64,000 nucleotides of DNA, taken from Hormiphora californensis (Eukaryota > Animalia > Ctenophora). Shown piece by piece: positions 48,124-60,518 of this stretch (position 1 is the stretch's first letter; the number at the start of each line of letters is the position of its first letter). The notes under the pieces were generated by a model. It saw nothing but the letters and a program-made list of their open reading frames with translations. It ran no database searches and was not told the origin of the DNA. Position numbers and translations under genes: made by a program. The stretch lies in the NCBI GenBank assembly GCA_020137815.1, contig CM035350.1, forward strand, positions 8,680,001 to 8,744,000. Direction: 5' to 3'.

Positions 48124-51100
48124 ATCCCTTTCTCTCTGCTTCCTACTAGAACTGCTAAGCGAGCCACAAAACATCTGTGTTCATTTGTCTCACATGTTCA
48201 CATCTAATTTCTCACTCTCAACTTTATACCGAGGGAAGTAACAGGTGTTTAGCTGCCCCTAAATTAAGAAATTGCAAATGTGTCTTTTATGTACGTAGTT
48301 AGTGTCACACGGGGAAAAAGAGAATAAGGGATCAGAGAGAGATTTAAACATGTGACAAATGAACGCAGATGTTTCTCTCCTAGACCAGAATACAGAGTTA
48401 TACAGCGAAAGGGGCTCCGGGCTGGGGGCTATTTCATATCTCTAAGAATATATCCCTAGCGAGAGAAATGCGATTGAACATAAGCAATGATATTGATGGG
48501 GCTCATAATTCATATCAAGGAGTATCTAAGAAGCATTTTCAACTGCTTCAATGAATTTCAGCTGAGATTCTCGGAAAATTTGATTGAATTGAGAAACTTG
48601 GTACAAATTGTATGAAAGCTTAGAAATTCACAGAGGATTGATCAAGAGAGGCGTGATCACATGATCACATATTTTGTGAGGCTCAATATCTTGATGTCAA
48701 ATTATAGCTCAGCTATGCTACATCAATGACTCCTTTTCACCTAGCTAACTCTTCTTCTCTCGCAGAATGAAAGGGGACGGTAAGATGTCGTGTGCTGATT
48801 TCATTGAGATATGGAGGTACTACGATACTGATAAGAGTGGATATCTAGAGGAGAAGGTATGGGAACAGTATCTTTATAGCAATTAATCTCACAACCTAGT
48901 GGGATTAATTGCTTTGAAATGAGGGGCTTGTAGTTTTGAGGGGAAAGATCACAGGTAAGTGTTACTTCACGATGATTTACCACAGAGCAAAGATGGAGGT
49001 ATTTATGAAGAAGCGTGATATATCTCTATCTCTAGAGTGGGAAGAATAATCTTACAATTCCATAGACAATGCAAATAAATTATAGTTGTCTCGACAGAAT
49101 AATAAGGCACAAAAGGAAGTTCCAAGCAGCACATGTCAACTTGTTCAGACTCTCGTGCTGTATGAACAATATAAATTCCAGAGCGAGGGATATAGAAGTA
49201 CGTTAAAATATAACAAGAATAATTGCGATATGATGTCATATCGCCTGGTTTCCCCGCCAACCATGTGATCTGGCATGTGCCAGTTGCCACACCTGCTTGG
49301 GCACTGATACGTGAGCCGGTATAGCTGATGGGTTGCCTGAGCTATGTGATATCCTAGTAATAATAAGTCGCAGTTCCGATCACAAATGCAGAACAATGTT
49401 CATTGCACAATGACGTAGGGCGCGATGACAAATCTATGAACAATTGTAATTGCAAGTGCAGCATAAAGGCGCCGCGCACATGCGCACGAATTTCCTGTTG
49501 TGTTCAGTCAGTAAGTGACAGCATTCCGCACTGGATAGTTGCCAACAGCAACTCAGGAGGTTACGTTACATCAAAGCGTGACACCTCACTAGTATGTAAA
49601 ACTAAAATTGTCGAATCCTAAACCCCTATGCCTTTTTACAAAAGGCATCCGGGTGAATGCCTTCGGCATTCACCCGGGCGGGGAAAAAATGTGTTGAAAG
49701 CATGTGTTACATTAACAACCAGTACCGTATTACCACACTAGACTTTTAAAATTAGACTCCTCATACTGTGTGATTTTAAATGACTGAGACTGCTCTATCT
49801 CAAATTGTGTAAAAACTACGGCATCTTTCGACTTCAAATTTTGGGACACGATAAAACATAATTTCTCATTTATTCTCCCAGATTTTCAGAAAATTTCCTT
49901 GTTCCTGAATGAACTTATTGCCACAAAACCTCCTCCAACTTTACACAGTCATATCTCTGGAGTCTAATGAGATAGAGAGTTCAGATTTTTAGGAGAGACA
50001 GCTAAGACGATTTTGAATGTTTTGTCTGCTTTACGAGTTGATAACTTGTACCGTCTGTTCACAGGAACTGTTTAAAGTGATGTAACACGCCCTAATTAGG
50101 CCAAATGTAGGTCATTTTACCCCTCAAAGATCACATATCCAGCTGCTTCTAGTGGGCTAATGAGGCCTCTTACACGAATTCGTCACGTGTTACTGCAAGG
50201 ATACCGCTCTCCTTTTTCACCTTGACCAAGCGGATATGATCATGGTGTCTGGAAGTGGTAACAAGCTGTAGGAACCCAGACAGATGCTGCTCTCTACTTC
50301 AATCACTCTCTCGTTATAAGGTCACGTGACTGGAATTGGGATCTCGACATCAGACATGATCACAATGTCTACAAAGCGGGAAGAGAGAGGGAGAGAGAGA
50401 GAGAGAGAACGCTTTGTAGACATTGTGATCATGTCTGATGTCGAGATCCCAATTCCAGTCACGTGACCTTATAACGAGAGAGTGATTGAAGTAGAGAGCA
50501 GCATCTGTCTGGTTTCCTACAGCTTGTTACCACTTCCAGACACCATGATCATGTCTGCTTGGTCAAGGTGAAAAAGGAGAGCGGTATCCTTGCAGTAACA
50601 CGTGACGAATTCGTGTAAGAGGCCTCATTAGCCCACTAGAAGCAGCTGGATATGTGATCTTTGAGGGGTAAAATGACCTACATTTGGCCTAATTAGGGCG
50701 TGTTACATCACTTTAAACAGTTCCTGTGAACAGACGGTACAAGTTATCAACTCGTAAAGCAGACAAAACATTCAAAATCGTCTTATCTGTCTCTCCTAAA
50801 AATCTGAACTCTCTATCTCATTAGACTCCAGAGATATGACTGTGTAAAGTTGGAGGAGGTTTTGTGGCAATAAGTTCATCCAGGAACAAGGAAATTTTCT
50901 GAAAATCTGGGAGAATAAATGAGAAATTATGTTTTATCGTGTCCCAAAATTTGAAGTCGAAAGATGCCGTAGTTTTTACACAATTTGAGATAGAGCAGTC
51001 TCAGTCATTTAAAATCACACAGTACTATGGAAAGAATTCTGAAACAACTAAATGAGATCTGTCTCTGTATCTGTCTCTAGTGTCTCTGTCTACATATGCA

Positions 51101-51245
51101 TATATGTCTCTAGTGTCTCTAGTGTCTCTAGTGTCTCTAGTGTCTCTATCTCTGTCTCTGTCTCAGGTCTCTGTCTCTCTGTCTCTCTGTCTCTCTGTCT
51201 CTCTGTCTCTCTGTCTCTCTGTCTCTGTCTCTGTCTCTGTCTCTG

Positions 51246-51281
<36 letters not shown>

Positions 51282-53425
51282 TCTTTTCATTTTTCAGGAG
51301 ATAGGAAGCTTCCTGATGGACTTATTGAAGGTGAATCAGGATATCAATATATCTGATGGAGAGCTGCTGAAGATGGTAGACGAGGTTATCAAAAACTTTG
51401 ATGACAACAACGATGGTAAGACCGATCAGATGTCAAATTTTGTGTATCTTAGGTAAAGGCAAATTATAGACCAGAATGAGAATGGCACAATCGGTTTTAT
51501 AATTTGCTCTATCTTTGCTCAAACGCAATTATATGAATACCGATCGATGAACCGGAATGATGAGAAAGAAGCTGCATATAGAATCAGTTCCAATCATTCC
51601 AATGTATTTTCCCAACCCTTCCATCACAGGAAGGATCGAGTTTCTGGAGATGAAGAATCTTCTAAATATCGAGGGAAATGTACTGACGGGACTGAGCGTC
51701 AACAAAAACCTAACCGCCCAGGAATTTAATACAGTCTTCCAGTACTATGATCAAAACAGTAAGTGGGAAAGGACAGACCTGGGCGATTGAATAAGCTAAA
51801 CAGACACGCAAAACCAAAGAGTTCATGAAAAATGACAAGCTGACTGATTGGCGGGAACTGGAACTTTGTAAAATGCGCGCGCGTTAATTTCGACTGATTT
51901 GAGTCGTCGCGTGTTCCGTTCATGTAATTTCCTTGCCATAATTCATTCAATTACATTCGCACTCGCGTTAGCCGATCACAGACTGATAACATATCAATTA
52001 TTTTCGATCACATGACACTCACACCTAAACGGTGGACAATAGGGTGGATGCGATACAAACAGACGTTAATTGTCTGAAAGTAGCCAAATAATGAGCAGCC
52101 AACAAATTGAATTGTCCAATGTCCGTCGGACACTGTGTCAGGAGAGTTAATGATAACTATGTTATAACCCCTTTTTGTAAAAAGAACAAGGTGTGTCAGC
52201 TTCATTTGTCAACTATTACTTATCTATTCTTCTCTGTCAGCGAATTTGTCTGGCCCTGGTCTGAATTCTTTCAAATAAGAGCGAGAACAGAGACAATTAA
52301 GCTTAGTACCAAGATATATTCGTCTCGAATATATCTTGGTGCTTAGATGCTCATTTAGCTACTTAATAGTTGTCTCGCCCTCAGACTGAATATCAACTGA
52401 AATATGAATATCAACTAAATATCAGCAAGAGACGAATAGATGAAAAACGCATATACTATTGCAACAAGAATTAATATGCATAGATTCTGACTAGTCAATA
52501 AAATAAGTTTAGTGTAGTTTACTTCCTCAAATGCAAGAACACTTTACTAAATCCCCCGTGGTACTTTAATAAATTAGATGCATGGTGAACTGCGGGTTAT
52601 GGTCGGGTACCCCTTTCCCTAATCGGGTGAAACGAGACTAGTTTATGAAGTCAAATTGAGACTCATCGCAGGTGTCCTCTAATCCCTACAGGGACCCATC
52701 ATGCGTAGCACTTCAGTAATTTAGAAGTTAGACATTGACACGATCAGAGGCTCTTATCTTCATCGAGCACTCACATATCATATCATAATTGGACACTTAT
52801 CATAACATGGTTTCAGGAAGTAACCCTAGCTTGAGGAACCGAGGAAGACTGAAATTAATTAATTAATTTATTGTTTCAGGAAGCAACTACTTAGAAGAAG
52901 ATGAGATCAGGTTGTTTGCAATTGACCTTATGGAACGAGCATGGAAGCCCCTGGACGAAAAACAGAGGTTGTGTGCCCCTGAGGTAAGTTTTCTTGTTGA
53001 GTAACCCCTTAATCTTCCATTTATTTCTTGTTTCTTGAGTGACATAACTACTCAAAAAATGTTTTCCGTTTATGTCTTGTTTTCTATCACAATAATAAAG
53101 TTTATGCCATTCCAGATGGTACATCATCTGGTGCAGAACATCATGTTAAATGCAAAACCTCTTAGCACACATCCCCCTTTAGATTGTTCTCAAGATGGCG
53201 GATAAAGATGGAGATGGGAAGTTATCTAGAGAAGAACTCGCCTCCCTCCTTTACACTGACAACACGGAATTCGTTCGGTCGCCATCGCAACGCCGGCGGA
53301 CATTCAAGAAGAAACGAAAGGGAAGCCCGGGGGGAAGTTGTAGTAGCGATTCTACATCCCAGGGGGCCCACCGACTAAAAGATATGATTGAGTCATATGG
53401 TGCGATGGGCGGTATAACGCCGTGA
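45458..53425 (+). CDS. Hexa-EF-hand calcium-binding protein, calbindin/calretinin/secretagogin family
   Basis: Exons: 45458-45582 LSAADFKNVWTYYDSDMNGYIEADEL; 47026-47192 YD.NRDGRIEVTEMTKFLP.ENNFLLHFR (indels); 48766-48856 FIEIWRYYDTDKSGYLEEK; 51298-51415 FDDNNDG; 51630-51758 RIEFLEM..FQYYDQN; 52880-52983 NYLEEDEI; 53183-53425 ADKDGDGKLSREEL. LPxExNFLLxFR linker is characteristic of the family. Confidence 0.88.
47249..47490. mobile_element. MITE with nested inverted repeats; related fragment at ~55705-55848
   Basis: Termini AGTCGAATTTTTT / AAAAAATTGGACT; internal IR TCCGGTTCCTGATAAG / CTTATCAGGAACCGGA; GTTGCGTTGGAAAG and TTATCAGGAACC shared with 55770-55835. Confidence 0.7.
49649..49677. other. 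13-bp perfect stem-loop (possible Helitron/Helentron terminus)
   Basis: CCGGGTGAATGCC-TTC-GGCATTCACCCGG, adjacent to a second IR ATGCCTTTT..AAAAGGCAT. Confidence 0.45.
49766..51022. mobile_element. 1.26-kb foldback (long inverted repeat) element with TA TSD in intron 3 of the EF-hand gene
   Basis: Arms 49766-50378 and 50410-51022 (613 bp each) are reverse complements with ~5 substitutions seen; 31-bp AG-rich spacer; TA|CTGTGTG...CACACAG|TA. Confidence 0.92.
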
Positions 53426-53430
53426 AGAAG

Positions 53431-53505
53431 TTGTTGTTGCCCTGACAACCATCTCCAAGGAACATTGTGTTGTTGCCCTGACAACCATCTCCAAGGAACA
53501 TTGTG
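53431..53505. repeat. ~35-bp tandem duplication in the 3' UTR
   Basis: TGTTGTTGCCCTGACAACCATCTCCAAGGAACATTG twice. Confidence 0.85.
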
Positions 53506-53650
53506 GAATTTAGGGGACTGTGTGACGTCACCTCTTCAAGCAGTGGCACGGTGCGGCTACAGATCTAGTTTGTGTAAACCAGTGTTGATGTGCCTGTGTA
53601 AATTGGACAATAATGCTCCATGAACAACGTTTTAGTGTGTGAAAACTATG

Positions 53651-53726
<76 letters not shown>

Positions 53727-56197
53727 TCCACTCCATTGTTAACGACACCATGGAACAAGCGTGGGTGTGTAAAAGGAGAGAGAGGGGACCTTTAGAGGGA
53801 CAGTCTGCTTGTGTGTAATAGGAGCGAAGACCTCTAGTTATTTGAGAGAGAAAGAGAAAGAGAGAGAGAGAGAGAAATAGAGAGAAAAGAGTCTGCTTGT
53901 GGTGTGTCCTTTTGTTGTAATATATTTCAGTTTTGTACCTTTACGCCCTCTCCTCTTATTTATATTATATTTGACCAGTCCTAGTTTCTTTTGTAATGAA
54001 AACGGAATGACCCGACCGCACCTGAACATTCGAGGGAAACTCCATTATCATAAGGTAAGAGTTGGGGGAAATGATCTATACGTCGTGAAATCAGACTCCG
54101 TGGTGCAGTACTAAAGCAAGGCAGATAGGGATCTCAGATCAGATATGAATGTCATCGATGCAGAATTAAATGGTGGAGACTCCAACTAACCATTACAGAC
54201 TCAATGGAAACTGCCACCACAAATACTAAAATCATGTTCCTATCGGATGTTCATAACGTTTTTGTGCCACACGCGTTATATCCATGAGCTATAGCAAGTG
54301 CCAAGCCACACCTCGATACGTTTGGACTTTTGCATCTTTTGAAACGATTTGCGTTCTTGAACGCTTTTTAAAAGCCTGCTAATAGCAGTGCTATTGCAGT
54401 GCTATTGCAGAAACGAGACGACATATCTGACAGATCACATTTGATTTACGTCACGAGTTGTTATATCCAGGTTTTAGGTACCCGCATATATCTCGAGGTT
54501 AATGACCTAAAAGGGTAGGGCGACCGAGACATGGTTTTGCCACAAGATATATAGCAGTCATATGATACATGGTGTCATGATACACATTGCATGTTGTGAC
54601 GGCTGCTGAGTGCCGATCGCTCACTAATGAGGGTTAGACTGCGGCTCAGGTGAAATTGAGAACGTGTAAATTCCATCAAGCTCAATACACATCACACACA
54701 CACAAGGTAGTTTAGATCCAGAATCTTGAGGAAACCCTTGATACTTGTCTCATCGCTCTTAGATTCTTATGGTTTTGTCTTTTTACTGTCTGGAAACTCT
54801 GTGATACGCTCTATTTCGTTGAAGGGTCATTTGTAGTGGGATTTTAGGACCTCGGTAGTCCCAACGTTCGAACAGCAAATCCCTGTGACAACTAGGAAGG
54901 CTCCTTTAAAACACAGCTGCAATGGGAGAAGAAGAAGGAGGGGACGCAGCGGCTCAGTCCCCTGCGGAAGCTGTGGACGATGATAAATTGGTGAGAATAT
55001 GATATCTTCTGAGTAGTTAAACTGCAAAAAACATAATATATCACGGGTTAAATTTGTTCAGAGAAGCACATGTGCCTGTCGTTGTTTCGTCACCTTTGTG
55101 ATCTGCCTTTACATTAGTAATCTAGATGATATAGATCTGGAATCTGAATGTTAGAACTCCGAAATTCTCTGTGTTTCTTTGTTAAAGCACAGTCTGTGTG
55201 TACATGATGGGAAGTAAAGACGGGAACCTCCCTCACTTCATTACATGGAGTGCTGCTCACAGCTCCAGGAGATTGTTTGACTGCCCCGCTCCCAATCCAA
55301 TGAGGCTCACCACTCTGTTATACTCTCCCACCTTTCCGTTGTGCGTTTGTCCGTTCCAGAATAGTGAATATAAATCATGGGGCGGCGCCGTCGCATGTTA
55401 CAAAAAATAAAGGTAAAACCACCAATTTGATCGTCCTTTATTAGAAACACACAGAGAGAGAAGCGTAGGGAGGTGATGTGCATTACGTTTTCCATGCGGT
55501 GACTCCCTATTGCTGGGAGGCCCCTCTGTTGAGCTCTGTTTCGCAGTAACATATATCTACGGTCTTTTCTAGAATTTCTACACTCTTTAAACTCTCTTTG
55601 TCTTGATTACACGTCTGAGTATTGTATGTAGTTTGAAGAAGTATGCTCAAAATGGTAGGTACTCAATGCACCTGGTACACACTTTAACACACGTGTTGAT
55701 CACACAGTCGAATTGACCCTAACTAATTTGTCTTGATGGCTTGTTTATACATTAGGACTAGTGTAGATTACGTTGCGTTGGAAAGGTCCTATTTTTCTCT
55801 TTTCAACGCAATTGAGATCAAGTTATCAGGAACCGCAAATACGATTTGTCACGGTCAATGCATGGAAATAACTCTTTAAGGGTTCTTTCCATGCATTGAC
55901 AGTGATAACTCTTTCAATATTGCCAGCACTTGATTTGATAAATGAAGTGCTGGCAATATTGGAAGGCTCCCTATTTCGAACTTTGAACTACATACCAGAC
56001 AAAAAAATTCTGAAAAATGCTTAAAATTCGTGAAAAATCAATTTACTACGATATCATGTCAATCTTTAAACAAGCCGTTAAACGTAAAACAAGACTAATC
56101 GTAGGGTATATCAAGTATCAGTATCAAGCGGCTGATCGTGGCTTGATCGCGTGGCAAGTATGTGTTGTGTGCTATGAGCGGCAAGGTAATCAAACAA

Positions 56198-59100
56198 TTG
56201 ACTTAAGTTACTTACTTGACTTGACTTAAGGCGGGTGGAATTCCCGAACGCCTTGAACAAGTTTTCTCCACGCATCACGTTCCTCCATAACTGAAGCTAT
56301 CTCCTTCACGTCTCCTAGACCCGTATCTTGCCGTAGAACATCCACAAAGGTTTTCGAGGGCCTGCCACGTTTACATTGACCGTGAGTAGGCTCCCAAAGA
56401 AGGACTTTGTGGAGTGTCAGCTCTGAGTGTCGTTGTGCATGTCCGGCAAGTCGTAGTCTTCGTTCCGCTATTTTAGTGCTGAGAATGGGTAACCCTCCAA
56501 TACCATACAACGTGCCATTAGTCATGCGGAGTTGCCACTGGTTCTTGTTAAGTGCCATTCTCAACATACGAGTATAAGCTCCATTCAAACTCTTCTCCAT
56601 TTGTTTGGTGAGGGTCCAGGTCTCACATCCGTATAGGAGAACGGTTTCGACAGTAGCAACAAATAACCTACACTTGAGTTCGTCTTTAAGATCTGAGTTC
56701 CAGACTTTCTTCAAGCCGTGGCAGGCAACCCATGCCTTACTCTTCCGGTTCTTGATGTCCTTGTTCGAATCTCTGATCCACGAACCCGAGGTATTTGAAG
56801 TCATCGGTTGTTTTGATGGTGTGTCCGTCACAGGTAAGAAGCGGCTCTGGATCTGGGATGTTCTCCACTATGAGCTCCGTTTTGTTCTGGTTAATAGCCA
56901 GACCAACCTCCTTACATACCGTTTCAACCTCACGAAGTAAAACCCCTAACTCCTCAACCGAGTTTGCCAGCAGGGCCACGTCGTCCGCGAAGCCAGTGTC
57001 AGTAACTCTGGATGCCCCAACTCTCCTACTCCTAGCAGGTCTCAGAGTGAAACCGATCTCCGGGTGTCTACTGAGTGCTATCCGTAAGCAATAGTCCAGC
57101 ACTATGATAAAGAGATACGGGGCTAATGTGTCGCCTTGTAAGACACCAGCCACGATCTCAAATATAGCAGTAACGCCGTCAGCTGTAAGGATTTGCGCTT
57201 TGGTGTTAGTGTAGAGCCATTGGATAAGATCGACGATAGCATCTGGTATGCCGTATGCCCTTAAGATTTTGATCAGGCTGGAACGGTTGATACTATCAAA
57301 GGCTTTAACAAAGTCGATGAAAGCCATGGCTACCGGGAGTTGTTTCCTCCTCGCACCCTCCAGTATCCTCCTCAGTGTTAAGATGTGACTGGTGGTTGAG
57401 CGTCCCTCTCGGAATCCGTTCTGGGAGTCAAGGAGTTTAGTCTCAATATAGGGCCGGATGCGATGTAGTAGCATCCTGTTCAACGTTTTAGCAACTATTG
57501 AAGTCAGTGCAATACCACGGTAGTTCCCAGGCTTGGACAGGTCGCCCTTCTTCGGAACAGGAATGATGTTACTCACTGTCCATTGTTCTGGAATACCTTT
57601 ACCTTCTAAAGCACCGTTACAAAACCCCAGCACTATCTCATCCAGATCACACCTTTTCAGAACCTCAGGAGGGATGCTGTCATCCCCATAAGCCTTCCCC
57701 TCCTTAATCCTCTTCTTGGCCCTCTGATATTCCTCAAGAGTGAAGCTGCCAGTGAAGATGTCCGCCGGGGGGAAGAGCTGTTCGACTTCCGTGTCTGATG
57801 ACCCTGATGGTGTAGACCCTAGTAGGGTTCGGAAGTGATTCAACCATATATCATTCCTCTCTTCCGGTGAGCCCCCCTCCAACTGACTAGCTGTCCTCAG
57901 GTTTCTACCAGAGACCTCGTTAACTATCCTCCAAACTTCTCGTGACTTAGCATTCCTAGCAGCATCCTCTACCCTCCTAATCTTACCCTCAATAATCTCC
58001 GACTCAACCTCTCCATAGGCCCCCGATAACCCCTCCTTCGCCCTATTTACTCTGGTCCTCGTCCTCTCGTCTGGTGCTTCGTGATACTCCTTACTGGCAC
58101 ACTCCAACTCTGTCCTCACTCGCTTAACTCTATAGTCCTCTGCCACAACGTCTTTCAGACGTTTTCGCTTCTTCCCAAGGAGAGCTTTACTCGTTTCCTG
58201 TACTGCGCTAATGAAGTGACCATAGTTCGTAGTTGGGTCGTCTTCAGCAGTAGATGTTAGACAGGAAAATCGGTTGTGAACCTCAACAGAGAAACGATCC
58301 CTCAGGTCCGGGTCGGTTCTGAGAGGACCATAGTCGAGATTCGGTCTTCCTGGCAGAGTCTTCCTCTTCCGTAGGGTGAGTTTGACCTTGGCGATAAGCA
58401 ACCGATGATCAGATCCAAGGGAGCTTAACGCCTCGGACGTCGTGGTGTCCTTAATACTATTCCTCCATTTCTTCCTTATTAGTATATAATCCAGGGTGGC
58501 TTTCCGCTGTGTCCCGTCCGACAGGAATGTCCACAAACGACTCTTCTTCTTCCGGAATCTAATGTTGGTGGCCTCCAAGTTGGTTTCCTCCATAGTTTCC
58601 TTCAGAAGGACACCGTTACGGCTGGTGGTACGATGATAGTACCATCCAGAACTAGTTCCTTCCCAACCAAGGCGAGCGTTGAAGTCGCCACAAACAATCA
58701 GGAGATTGTGAGCAGGTACTTCGTGTAGATATTCTCTTAGCTCGTTATGGAACTGTTCTACTTCTTCAAATTCGGCACCCTCTGTCGGTGAGTATACGGT
58801 AACAAGCGTTAGCTTGGGATTGCCGGCGAAGGTGACGGCCAGGATCCGATTAGAAACCACTCTTGTCTCAACAATGAGCTTCGATGCATTGGTCCCCATT
58901 AAGATTCCGACCCCTCCAACAGACGCTCCCATACTATTCCGCCAGGCTGTCGATGTTAATAGGATTGAGTCTGGCCCAGCCTGGGTTCTCTTAACAGTCT
59001 CTGGATGGACAATTCGGTGCTCCTGAATACCCAAAAGACCAATACCATGTTTAGAGAATTGATAAGCCAGCTCGCTGACTTTGTCAGCTGTTCGGAGTGT

Positions 59101-59460
59101 TCTGCAGTTGAAAGTGCCTATGCGTGTTCTGTGTATAACTTTGTTCATATTGTTTTTCTTTGGTTGCGGTTACCCCGTCCGGATCACCACTCCGGGACGG
59201 CTGGATCTCTCTAGAGTTAGCCAGGACAACATATAATAGGAGTTGAACTGAAGGACTCTGAGTGCATAATTTACCACTGGTTTGTTCCACTAAGCCTATA
59301 GAAGGCAGAGTGGTGCATGCTCAGTGGTTCACTACACACTTTAGCCCACGTTTGCCACCGTACATAAAATACAGCCAGTCTTTTTAGGACTCGTGGTTAA
59401 CCACCCCTAGGTGTTCTGTCATTACTCAGCATCGGACCTATGTGCCTCTTCCCCTATGAC
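56198..59460 (-). mobile_element. Near full-length RTE-clade non-LTR retrotransposon (LINE)
   Basis: Single APE-RT ORF; 3' tail of AAGTC/AAGT repeats directly after the stop; ~300-bp 5' UTR with approximate 5' boundary; no TSD confirmed. Confidence 0.9.
56226..59148 (-). CDS. RTE LINE endonuclease-reverse transcriptase, one frameshift near 56787
   Basis: APE motifs IGTFNCRTL, GIQEHR, VYSPT, CGDFNA, LDYILI, SDHRLL; RT motifs NYRGIAL, QNGFR, FIDFVKAFDSI, GVLQGDTLAP, FADD, FKYLG; C-terminal LLYGCETW, RLAGH, RGRP. An extra G shifts FKYLG|SWIRD. Confidence 0.95.
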
Positions 59461-60223
59461 ATGCAACAATCAATAAGGGGAAGATAAGAGGGGCAATTAT
59501 AGGTCAATATACAATCCAAATTATAGGTCAATATACAATCCAAATCAATGATGGTGTGACTTAAATGGCGAGAGAGCTGAGCTCTTAGAGCTCTCTTGAG
59601 GATCTCTAAGGGATAGAGCACTCTCGAGAGTGCTCTATCCCTCGGAGATCCTCCAATACGATTACTTATTTGGTATTGAAATACACTAGGTGTATGCTAA
59701 ACTAACACTACATTATATTATAATATCGTGTATTTCAAGATTAAGTTAGTGAGACAAAATATATTAGCAGCAAATAATCCCCACTAACTACATAGTAATT
59801 AGTAAATAGTCAACTGTGTTTTTCAACCCAATCCATGGTTATACTAAGTAGTATAGTTTACGTGCATCTCCGTGAGAATTCATGCTGACATGATATGCCT
59901 CATAATGTTATTTAAACCACTAGCGTGAGCTCCATAAATTATACTACTGATTAGCCGTATAAATATGTGGTTAACCTCTCCACACGAGCTAAACTACTTA
60001 CTAACGCGATACCCCTTTTAACGTGTGTGTGTACAGCGAGTAAACACGATGAAATCACAGAACTATGATAAGTTAAACGATGCTGATGAATGGATACTAG
60101 CTCTGTATAATTAGTGGTTTTATAAAGCTCGTCCCGTGTTTACATGTGTCCGGTCTGACTACTTAAATGTAATTGCTTTCCAGTCCTAAAGTCATGTGAG
60201 AGAACCGCATCGCTGCATGCATA

Positions 60224-60309
60224 TATCGAACCCCGATTTACCGAGATGCTCTTCAGGGTAACTTTATCCTCTCGGTAAATCAGGAGCCCGGTAAATCAGT
60301 GTCCGACTG
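60224..60309. mobile_element. Degenerate relative of the 37875 MITE
   Basis: TCGAACCCCGATTTACCG ... CGGTAAATCAG x2 ... TCCGACTG|TA. Confidence 0.65.
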
Positions 60310-60518
60310 TACCATCATAGTGGGTATAAAACATGTTGACTAGTTCATGCCTAATGGAGCTTCATGTTGACACTTGAGACGTACACGTGCACAGTGCTTG
60401 TGTCTGTATCTAGATATATTCCACTGGAACGTGCAAGCCAGATATCCAAACACACTGTGAAACATTAGAGAGTTGTGTAGTTGTGTGTATTATGTCTTTT
60501 TTGTGGGAGTCGAACAGG

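Noticed and set aside
47932-48260. Possible Harbinger MITE (GGGGCAGCT..AGCTGCCCC)
   Set aside because: TIR only ~9-11 bp and TSD ambiguous
45458-53425. Ctenophore photoprotein (mnemiopsin/berovin-type)
   Set aside because: Photoproteins are ~200 aa with three functional EF-hands; this gene has six EF-hands and calbindin-type linkers
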